DNA of 32,000 bases from Candidatus Baldrarchaeota archaeon. Lineage in GTDB: Archaea; Asgardarchaeota; Baldrarchaeia; Baldrarchaeales; DXJG01. Under the pieces are notes generated by a model. The model had not been told where the DNA came from, searched no databases, and worked only from the letters and a program-made list of their open reading frames with translations. This document shows positions 8,659 through 17,000 of the stretch, piece after piece. The stretch lies in the NCBI GenBank assembly GCA_019056805.1, contig DXJG01000009.1, forward strand, positions 299,473 through 331,472. Direction: 5' to 3'. Every line of letters begins with the position of its first letter. The first letter of the stretch is position 1. The translations under genes and the position numbers were made by a program.

Positions 8659-9666
8659 TCAAACTGCAGCTTTCTGTATCTTTTTAAGTCCTCTCATGGC
8701 TACTATGTATGCTGATGTTGTATGAACGTCTAGTCCCAAATCTCCCGCTATTATCTTAGCACTTATTGATGAGTATGCTGGATTAACCTTTATTAACTCT
8801 CCTTCAACCTTGGGGACTAAAACCTCCATCTGTTGTGTAAACTCCCTTAAAGCCATCTTTGAAATCTTCCTCTTAGCAGTCTTATTACCTTTAGGTTTTG
8901 GTTTAGACAATCTTTCAATAACATAGTATTTTACGCCGTGCTCTCTAGCATACTTCACAAGCTTAGTAAGGGATTCTCTCCTTAAAGAAACCGCCTTCTC
9001 CCTTGGAAATCCATGAGATGTAATCTCCATAAAATGCTCGTTTCTAACGTCTCTCATAATTCCCTGTCTATCAATTATCACCATATTTATCCTATCTGGG
9101 TTAAAGTCAAAGCCGGCAATATGTTCAGTAATCTTCGTCTTTGATTCTTTCCTCATATATTTAACGTAGAGTTCTAGTGGAATATTTATGTAGAGGATTA
9201 ATTTACTGTCTTTTGTACATATACCCGCTCCATAAGATATGTTGGAATTCGTCAATTCTTGAATTATCGGTATGTGTTTCCTTCCAAACTTTACTTTAGC
9301 TTTTAACCATCTATGTTTCCCAGTAGCTGAAGGTATTTTAATTAGCACGATTTCAGTCGACATTAACCTTATGTTTCTATTACCTTTCTCAGCTTTAACA
9401 CCAACCGAATATAATTGTGGTTTCTTAAGTTTGAGATACGGTTGCTCACTATACAGTTTTGCCCTTATGTATGCTGAACGCGAGTACCATTTATTGTTAA
9501 GTATTCTTGACGTTAACAGCTTGATTATTTTGTTTTCTTTTAATCCTTTCTTCAACAGTGAATGAGCATAGTCAACAGCATCTTTAAAGTTCCTCATAAC
9601 GTATAGTAAAAAGGCTTTATCCTCTGCTGAGCTGAGAACGAGCTTTCCCTTAATTGTAGGTCTCAC
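8659..9666 (-). CDS. tnpB: IS200/IS605 accessory TnpB-related RuvC protein lacking the C-terminal Zn ribbon
   Basis: GNRNIRL motif; RuvC-I GFDFNPD, RuvC-II VIERL, VNPAYSS, RuvC-III LDVH; no CxxC pairs. GTG 9666 overlaps the AbrB stop (GTGA); ORF track uses GTG 9678. Confidence 0.8.
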   Translation of the reverse strand: MRPTIKGKLVLSSAEDKAFLLYVMRNFKDAVDYAHSLLKKGLKENKIIKLLTSRILNNKWYSRSAYIRAKLYSEQPYLKLKKPQLYSVGVKAEKGNRNIRLMSTEIVLIKIPSATGKHRWLKAKVKFGRKHIPIIQELTNSNISYGAGICTKDSKLILYINIPLELYVKYMRKESKTKITEHIAGFDFNPDRINMVIIDRQGIMRDVRNEHFMEITSHGFPREKAVSLRRESLTKLVKYAREHGVKYYVIERLSKPKPKGNKTAKRKISKMALREFTQQMEVLVPKVEGELIKVNPAYSSISAKIIAGDLGLDVHTTSAYIVAMRGLKKIQKAAV

Positions 9667-9821
9667 TTCTTTTCCCACTTCTCGACCACCATCCTACCAT
9701 TCTTCTCATCATAGTAAACTACGAGCTTATCCTTTGGTTTAAGATCCCACTTCTCGGCAATCTCCTTAGGTATGGTCATCTTCATTTTGGGTAAAACCCT
9801 ATATACCCCTATTAACTCCAT
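9663..9821 (-). CDS. AbrB/MazE/SpoVT-family DNA-binding protein, 52 aa (missed by ORF track)
   Basis: MELIGVYRVLPKMKMTIPKEIAEKWDLKPKDKLVVYYDEKNGRMVVEKWEKK matches the xTIPKEIxxxxxLKPxDxL AbrB pattern. GGTGAT RBS; stop overlaps the tnpB start. Confidence 0.82.
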   Translation of the reverse strand: MELIGVYRVLPKMKMTIPKEIAEKWDLKPKDKLVVYYDEKNGRMVVEKWEKK

Positions 9822-9837
9822 GGTATCACCAGAAATA

Positions 9838-9871
9838 TTTATAAACCACTGAGTATATAAAAATTTTTAAG
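9838..9871. promoter_or_regulatory. Divergent archaeal promoter region (abrB-tnpB leftward, structured RNA rightward)
   Basis: TTTATAAA, TATATAAA and TTTTTAAG TATA-like boxes in a very AT-rich gap (6 G/C in 9831-9870). Confidence 0.45.
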
Positions 9872-10030
9872 CATCGACCCCTATGAAGAAGGCGAGGGGG
9901 ATGAGCACAGATGAACCCAGATTCGATGATGGGAGTGCTGAATTAGCGTGTAGGTGCTCCTTCAGTCGGGTCTGGGCGACTCACACCCGTGATGAGACAC
10001 TCTGTGTCAAAAGATATTAAAAGATACGGG
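9871..10030 (+). ncRNA. Candidate structured non-coding RNA, family unassigned
   Basis: 77/140 G+C in 9871-10010 versus AT-rich flanks. Hairpins 9872-9903, 9916-9976 (long, with G-U wobbles that pair only on the + strand) and 9996-10008. Repeated (A/G)TGA motifs, ACA after the first two hairpins, T-tract at 10050-10054. Confidence 0.55.
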
Positions 10031-10088
10031 GTGGTTGAACGGCATTAGCTTTTTATTGATTGTTGAGAATTTATTGTGGGGAATTGTT

Positions 10089-10274
10089 ATGAGTAAGGTA
10101 AAATATGTAAATATTTCTATCCCTAAGCCTTTATATGAACGTTTAGAAAAAGCTTTAAAGGACTCTGGCTATAGGAGTCCGACTGAATATATCATTTTCC
10201 TTATCAGGAAACATCTCGCTGACCTTGAGTCTGATGATCTCGATCGTAGATTAAAGGCCCTCGGCTACAAATAA
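10089..10274 (+). CDS. CopG/ribbon-helix-helix protein with RLKALGYK tail (RHH-3)
   Basis: MSKVKYVNISIPKPLYERLEKAL...YRSPTEYIIFLIRKHL is an RHH pattern; tail DDLDRRLKALGYK. ATG 10089 preferred over TTG 10035. Confidence 0.82.
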   Translation: MSKVKYVNISIPKPLYERLEKALKDSGYRSPTEYIIFLIRKHLADLESDDLDRRLKALGYK

Positions 10275-10377
10275 AATATCTGAAATTTATTAAAATTCTA
10301 CTTTTGTTAGTGTTTGGAGAAAGATGAAGTTTACTGTTCTGTTTTTAGACTTGTAGAAAGAGGAATAGTGAGTATTA

Positions 10378-10821
10378 TTATTCTTCACTACGAAATAGTA
10401 TTGTCAAGGCTCCAGCAGCGGTGCCTATTGCAGCTATTAGAAGATGGAGAAAATATGTCTGAAATATTATTAAACAAATTACAATTACCAGAGTAGCGGT
10501 TAAACTACCTCCCAATGTAAATTTTTTAAGTTTTGGTTGCTGCTTAAACCAGGTCCAGCCGTTTTTTAGTGAAATTTTGAGTTGATGAAAACCAAGGAGA
10601 ATTAGATTAATAAGAAGACGAGTGAAATCAAATAGTATGGACCCTCCGATGACAACGGCTTTATCGGTGCGTGGCGGGTTTGTGTACAAGTTTCTTGCTC
10701 CACATTTTTCACATTCTATGTATAAATAACCATTGCTACCGTAACCCCTAAGTAGAGTATAACCTTCCCAACCACATTCTTTACATTTTACATAGTAGCA
10801 ACTTTTAGTACGCTTATCCAT
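10378..10821 (-). CDS. Hypothetical Zn-ribbon membrane protein
   Basis: CKEC-x21-CEKC at the N-terminus and hydrophobic C-terminal helices. GAGG RBS before ATG 10821 (ORF track starts at 10842). Confidence 0.6.
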   Translation of the reverse strand: MDKRTKSCYYVKCKECGWEGYTLLRGYGSNGYLYIECEKCGARNLYTNPPRTDKAVVIGGSILFDFTRLLINLILLGFHQLKISLKNGWTWFKQQPKLKKFTLGGSLTATLVIVICLIIFQTYFLHLLIAAIGTAAGALTILFRSEE

Positions 10822-11059
10822 ATTTTTAACCTCAATTAACATTCTAAGCCCATTAACTATTTAAATCAATTGGATTTAACCATAAATCATTTATAAATAA
10901 TCATCATAGAAGATGATTATAACTAAAATCCATCGACAAAATATTTTAATACTATCAGTCGGGGGAAATTCTCTCTTCCATAAGGATGAGAATGAAAATA
11001 ACTTTCATATATTTCTGCTGCGATACTATAATAAAATACTATAAAGGGATCAATAATAC

Positions 11060-11175
11060 ATGTCAAAATTCGGAAGTTTGAGGAGAATAGTTATACCAAA
11101 ATCGATCTGCAAAAGACTCTTGTTATCAAGGAAAGTTATAAGGTAGAGGTTATATTTGAGAAGGTAGATGAATAA
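11060..11175 (+). pseudogene. Frameshifted AbrB/SpoVT-like ORF coupled to tnpB
   Basis: Frame from ATG 11060: MSKFGSLRRIVIPKSICKRL. The -1 frame from about 11122 gives VIKESYKVEVIFEKVDE*, whose TAA overlaps the tnpB ATG (TAATG). The composite resembles the AbrB consensus GRIVIPKEIRxxLGIKEGDKVEV. Confidence 0.5.
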
Positions 11176-12377
11176 TGCTTCTTAGCTACCGATTTCGCAT
11201 ATATCCTTCAAAAACGATCCAAGCTAAGCTGAATGAGCAACTTGAGATATGTAGATGGCTCTATAACCGACTATTAGAAGAAGTTAACAAGGCAAGAAAA
11301 GAAGGAAGGAAAATCAATAGGCAAGATACACAAGCCCTTATTGTAAAGCTCAAAGAGGAGAAGCCAGAACTAAACAAAGTTTACTCTAAGGTTTTGCAAA
11401 TGGTGAACTATCAGCTATGGTCAAACATTAAGACTTTAGCTGAATTGAAGCGAAAAGGAAAGAAAACTGGAACGCTAAGGTATAAAACTGGAAACTCATT
11501 CAAAACTCTGAATTTTAATCAATCAGGCTTTAAAATCGATTTTAAACGAAGGAAACTCGTCTTGTCCAAGGTTGGTGAGATTCCAATCAAGTTACACAGA
11601 AAAATTGAAGGAAAAATCAAAGGAGTTATAATCAAGAGGACAAAATCTGAAAAGTGGTTTGCACTCGTTCAACTCGAAGTTGTAGATGAAACGATACCAA
11701 AAACTGGAAGGGTCATTGGTATCGATATGGGAGTTCATCACTTCGCTACCGATTCAGATGGCAATCGTTTCGAAAACCCAAAGTTTCTAGATAAAACAAT
11801 AGAGAAGATAAGGAAAATCCAAAAAGTGCTATCAAGAAAACAGAAAGGTTCAAAGAATAGAGAAAAGGCTAGAAAGAGACTGGCTAAGCTTTACGAAAAA
11901 TTAGAAAATCAGAGAAACGATTTCCTTCACAAACTTTCCCGCTACTACATCAACAACTACGATGTTGTCTGCATTGAGGATTTAGATATTAAGAGTTTGG
12001 TTGAAAATAACAGATCCCACACTTTGAACCGTCACATTTTGGATGCTTCTTGGTCAAAGTTCATTCAACTACTCTTCTATAAGGCTGAAAGAGCTAATAG
12101 AAGAGTAGTTAAGGTAAATCCAAAAAATACATCAAGAATATGTGCTAGATGTGGTAAGATTATCAAGATTGAATTAAAGGACAGATTATTTGTTTGTCCT
12201 TATTGCAGTTGGGAGGCGGACAGAGATTATAATGCCTCCCTGAACATTCTGAATGCGGGGCTGGGACGGCCCTTAGCGCCTGTGGAGAGAGAACCTCTAC
12301 TCCGTATCGTTTCTTATTGGGAAGTAATTACGGGGCAAGTTCTCTCAATGAAGCAGGAAGCCCCTTGCGTCAGCTAG
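11175..12377 (+). CDS. tnpB: RNA-guided endonuclease TnpB (IS200/IS605, IS1341-like, no TnpA)
   Basis: N-terminal YRFRIYP HTH_OrfB; RuvC IGIDMG, CIEDL, DRDYNASLNI; CARC/CPYC Zn ribbon. All catalytic residues present. Confidence 0.95.
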   Translation: MLLSYRFRIYPSKTIQAKLNEQLEICRWLYNRLLEEVNKARKEGRKINRQDTQALIVKLKEEKPELNKVYSKVLQMVNYQLWSNIKTLAELKRKGKKTGTLRYKTGNSFKTLNFNQSGFKIDFKRRKLVLSKVGEIPIKLHRKIEGKIKGVIIKRTKSEKWFALVQLEVVDETIPKTGRVIGIDMGVHHFATDSDGNRFENPKFLDKTIEKIRKIQKVLSRKQKGSKNREKARKRLAKLYEKLENQRNDFLHKLSRYYINNYDVVCIEDLDIKSLVENNRSHTLNRHILDASWSKFIQLLFYKAERANRRVVKVNPKNTSRICARCGKIIKIELKDRLFVCPYCSWEADRDYNASLNILNAGLGRPLAPVEREPLLRIVSYWEVITGQVLSMKQEAPCVS

Positions 12378-12388
12378 GGGTAGTTCAC
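11175..12388 (+). mobile_element. Non-autonomous IS1341-like element; left end not located
   Basis: tnpB only, no Y1 or serine transposase nearby; right end defined at ...TTCAC 12388. Confidence 0.7.
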
Positions 12389-12408
12389 CTACTTAAGCCA
12401 TAAGTGAC
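12240..12408 (+). ncRNA. omegaRNA/right end of the TnpB element with putative guide CTACTTAAGCCATAAGTGAC (12389-12408)
   Basis: GAAGCCCCT-TGCGTCAGCT-AGGGG-TAGTTCAC right-end hairpin (12361-12365/12376-12380) ending in TCAC and overlapping the tnpB stop. The 5' boundary is approximate. Confidence 0.75.
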
Positions 12409-12517
12409 AAATATTATCATGACATTTATATATCTACATGTATTGTATTAACGTGTCTAAATATAAAATAAGGAGAAATACGATGTAAGAACTCCGAGAG
12501 TAACCTGAGGGGACTAC

Positions 12518-13606
12518 ATGAGAAAGCCAACAATATCTTTGATTATTCCCACGTATAATGAAAAAGAAAACCTACCAGTGCTCGTAAGAAGAATTCACGA
12601 ATCGTTATCTAACTATTGTGACTACGAAATTATCGTTGTTGATGACGATAGCCCCGATGAAACCTGGAAAGTTGCACAAGAACTATCAAAACAATACCCA
12701 GTACGAGTAATCAGACGCGAGGGAAAACTAGGATTATCCTCCGCAGTAATCGAAGGATTCAAACAAGCACGCGGAGAACTCCTCGGCGTAATGGACGCAG
12801 ACCTACAACACCCACCAGAAATACTCCCAAACTTAATAGAAGAAATAAAAAACGGCAAAGACATCGTAGTAGCAAGTAGATACGTCAAAGGAGGAAAAAT
12901 AGAAAACTGGGGACTAAAACGAAAAATAGTATCCAAAGGAGCCAGATTTCTAACAAAAGTCCTAGTTCCACAAGCAAGAAGCATAAAAGACCCCCTCTCA
13001 GGCTACTTCATTCTCAGAAGAGAAGTAGTTGAAGAAGCAGAGTTAAATCCAGTCGGATACAAAATCCTCCTAGAAATCTTAGTAAAAGGAAGCTACGAAG
13101 AGGTAGCGGAAGTCCCCTTCACTTTTGGAACAAGAGAGATGGGGAAAAGCAAATTAACGGTAGGCGAGTACACTAACTTTTTAAGACATTTATATAGACT
13201 TTCAGAAACTGTAGGAGAAGTCGTAAAATTAGTTAGATACATGGTAATAAGTGTACTATCATTATTTGTAAATGTCTTTTTCTTTCTTGCTTTAACAAAC
13301 TATCTCAACCTTCACTACTTGTACTCCTCTATTCTAAGTTTAGAAGCCATGATACTATTCAGTTTTGTCTTAAGCGAAATGTGGATCTCAAAAAACAGAA
13401 AAATTAAGAAACCAACTAGCGCCGTGTTGAGAGCTGTAAAATATAACATGTTATGCTTGGGAGGTTTACTAATAAACATTGGCATTCTATGGCTATTTAC
13501 AAATGTTTTCAACGTCTACTATCTCATCTCAAACTTCTTCGGCGCAACCGGGGCGGTCATATGGAACTATGCAATGAACGTTTGGTTAACATGGAAAACA
13601 CGGTAG
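12518..13606 (+). CDS. GT2 polyprenol/dolichol-phosphate glycosyltransferase (DPM1-like) fused to a GtrA-like flippase domain
   Basis: IIPTYNE, DDDSPDET, MDADLQHPPE, SRYVKGG, DPLSGYF, GYKILLE, GKSKL, followed by four TM segments ending WNYAMNVWLTWK. Confidence 0.9.
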   Translation: MRKPTISLIIPTYNEKENLPVLVRRIHESLSNYCDYEIIVVDDDSPDETWKVAQELSKQYPVRVIRREGKLGLSSAVIEGFKQARGELLGVMDADLQHPPEILPNLIEEIKNGKDIVVASRYVKGGKIENWGLKRKIVSKGARFLTKVLVPQARSIKDPLSGYFILRREVVEEAELNPVGYKILLEILVKGSYEEVAEVPFTFGTREMGKSKLTVGEYTNFLRHLYRLSETVGEVVKLVRYMVISVLSLFVNVFFFLALTNYLNLHYLYSSILSLEAMILFSFVLSEMWISKNRKIKKPTSAVLRAVKYNMLCLGGLLINIGILWLFTNVFNVYYLISNFFGATGAVIWNYAMNVWLTWKTR

Positions 13607-14040
13607 TAGCAACTAAATTACTAAGTAGAAAATAACTTCTAAGTGTTTACTTCTTAGTTAGAAATTAGCGATTAAGTAAAATACACCCACTGTTTCACTT
13701 AGAATTTTTACCTTGTACATTAAACAATTGTGAAGCAAGTCATTTTACGTTGAAGGGAAAGACCACTTATTCAAATACAAAGTACATGAGAATGAAGTGA
13801 TTTAGCTATAACTTGAAACTTCTAGGATGAAAAGCAAAGTAGTTCCGTCAAAAAACATTTCTAAAACAAAACCAAATGTACTATCATATTCAGAACCCAT
13901 TTTCATTCGATGTTTCATCTTTTTAAACAAAACATTTAACAAAACATATAAAATAATACCTTTTAAACCTACAAACTTAATAATATGTAATGTTTTCGAC
14001 ACCCTTTTAATCGTTTAACTCTACTTTGGAGTGACAGGCA

Positions 14041-17000
14041 TTGAAAGAGGAAACAGAGGTAGCGGTTATAAGTACATCGCCCTCAACGAAATGCGGTATA
14101 GGAATTTACACAGAGAACCTTTACAGCGCACTACCCAAAGAGAAAAGAGACAAAATAGTTATACTATCCAATGATTTTTACCAAGGAAATGTAAAATATG
14201 AAAGAGTCTGGAAAAAGGGTCTAGATTTTCTTTCACCATTTAAAATTCTTCATAGAATATTTAAGAAAAACTGTAGAGTTGTGCATCTTCAACACGAATG
14301 GTTAATTTTCGGTTCACTACCTGCAAATCTTATCTATGCCTTCATGCTATATTTTCTTAAACTTCTTGGTAAAAAAACTCTTGTGACTTTCCATACAATA
14401 TTTGATCTTAATCGTTTAACAGAAGATACGTTAAAGACTTTTAACATAGCGTATCCACTAAAGCTTGTTAAAACCGTTATAAAAATTCTAACAAAACTTT
14501 ATGCAGAAGCAAGCACCGCCATAATAGTACATAATGAACACATGAAAAAAACTTTAGTAAAGCTGTACAAAGTTTCACCCAATAAAGTTGTAGTAATTCC
14601 ACACTTCGTTAAGAAATTACCTAAAGTAAGGCGGGACGAGGCAAAGAAAAAGCTAGGCCTTCAAGGTAAAACGATTACTCTTCTTTTTGGATTAATAAGA
14701 AAGGGAAAAGGTTATGAATATGTTATAAAAGCTTTTCAAAAGGTCAAAGAAAAAAATCCAAATAGCATTCTTCTAATAGTCGGGGCAGTACAAACGGGAG
14801 AATTATATTGGGGAGAACAGTATTTAAAGAAATTAAAACAACTTGTTAAAAAACTTGAATTAGAAAATTATGTAAGATTTTTAACGAGATATGTTCCAGA
14901 TGAAGAAGTTCCCATCTTTCTCAGCGCTGCAGACTTATTAGTACTGCCATATGAAAAAGGGAAATCCTACTATTCAGCTAGTGGAATATTGCATCTTGCG
15001 ATGAATTTTGGAACTCCTGTAATTGCAGCAAAAACCTTACAATTTTCCGAAATAATTGATGAAGAAAATGGAAAACTAGTGGAACCAGAAAATATCGAAA
15101 ATCTTGCAAATACGATAATAGAATTGTTGGAAGACAGGAAAAGACGGTTAAGGTATTCGGAAAATCTTAGAAAACTTGCAAAAGAAAGGACAGTCGAAAA
15201 ATGTGCAGAGAAACACTGGAAACTTTACCAAAAACTAATCAAATATGAAAAGATAGAATACGAGAGCAAAATTGCTCAAATTTTACCTCATATACTGGTT
15301 TTATTACCTATTCTACTTATGATATTAAACCTTGATATAATAAATACTGGAAATGATACTTTTACGCATTTATATAAGGCGTGGATACTTAGACAACAAA
15401 TAAAAACTATGCCCATATGGCTTTGGGGCCAATGGGACTGGACATGGTATCTTGGCAATCCGTTTTTAAGAAGCTATTCACCCCTCTTCTACTATGTCCT
15501 TGCAACCCTAAGTTTAGTAGCACCATTCTGGTTAACAGCAAAAATCTTGTTAAGCGTAATAACACCCTTAGCCTATATATCCACCTATAAAGCTCTGAAA
15601 TACTTTACTAAAAATAAAATAGTTTCAATAGTTTTTGCTACAGTCTATATATATTCACCAGCTCACATAGTACCTTTTTATCTTTGGGGATCTGTAGGTC
15701 AAGCTCTAACAACCATAATAATACCACAATATCTTATACAACTTCACAAAGCCGTTCAAACAAACAAAAACAGAAATGCGCTTACAACCGCGTTAATGCT
15801 AGCTTCAATAATACTCTTAAATATGGCTGTTGGTTTTTGGATGACACTTTTAACATCAATATGGATTCTCTCAAAGAAACAATTGATGAACCTCTTGAAA
15901 ATCGGTGTATGTTCAGCGTCTCTCACCGCATCTTTTCTCTATGCCTATCTGACTGCAGAAGGCATCATGTTACCAGTGCTCACCCCCTTATCTCAAGTTG
16001 AACATTTAGTGGAATGGCTAAGAAATTCTTATGGAATATCAATTTTACAAGTTGAATTAACTATTATAGCCTATATAGCAGTAGTATTTACATATCTTAA
16101 GTTTAGAGGAAGGGAAATAGAGAAAGTTGAGAAGCCGCACTGGGAGAAATCTTTTGAAATCATGGTGGCAGTAATTGTGATAACTTTAGTTTTTTCTACT
16201 CTTCAAATATATCCCTTCTCAATAATAGGAGGAGATAGAGTTCTCACGACCTCCGGTTTTGTAGTAGTTTTCATAGGAGCATACTATATTTCGAAGATAA
16301 AGAATCTTCGTGTTCTCAAAATTTTTGCCGTAATGCTTATAGTCATAACGTTGCTCACAGGAATTCTTTATCAACCATATAATCCTGTACATCCTGGAAC
16401 CTATAATGAGTTATATCAAACGATAAAAGAGGATCCTGAATGGTTTAGAGTACTTTTCTTACCACGAGAGCCATGGGGAGCACTTACCCCACTATATACT
16501 AACCATCCTACACTAAATGGCTGGTACCCTCAATGCCTCCCACCAGAAGTATTTAACACCCTTGGAAGCTTGATAACCTACGATAAATACGCCTACCTAG
16601 AGAGAAACCTAACAGTGGAACCGGAAAACACTATAAATCTTATACGTTACTTGGGAGTGAAATATATCATAGTTGACGGAAAAGACCCAGTATTTCCCGA
16701 GTTAACTCAAAAAATACTCAAATCAATGCTCAGAACCGCGAATAGAACAAACCAAGTAACTTTACTAGAAAATTACACACATAGATATCTTTTCAGAATA
16801 GAAAACTTTACACCAGTCCACGCTCTAACCTACGTGCCCAAGAATAGAGAACAAATCCCGTGGAACACAGAAAAAATCAACAAAATACAAGTAATTCAGA
16901 AAACAGATATATTAGAAATTCGCATTCAATTACCCCAAGATTACTGGATAGTCATACCAATAACATACGACAAAAACTTAAAAATAACGTTGGACAATCG

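Noticed and set aside
9984-10032. Hammerhead-ribozyme-like core (GTGATGA-GACAC/GTGTC-AAAA with a flanking CCCGT/ACGGG stem)
   Set aside because: The required C3 and catalytic G12 are replaced (GUGAUGA, AAAA) and no stem III can form; the AAAGATATTAAAAG part fits a BRE/TATA promoter better.
10955-10963. TCAGTCGGG repeated at 9962 and 10955 as possible element ends
   Set aside because: A 9-bp match is compatible with chance, and the flanks do not align.
11108-11125. Programmed -1 frameshift in the AbrB-like ORF
   Set aside because: Only CAAAAG is present, with no heptameric slippery site or clear stimulatory hairpin; decay or a sequencing indel is more likely.
13802-14018. Overlapping 63-66 aa ORFs on both strands with AAAAC-rich short repeats
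   Set aside because: Low-complexity AT-rich spacer; no recognisable motif and no regular repeat-spacer period (not CRISPR).
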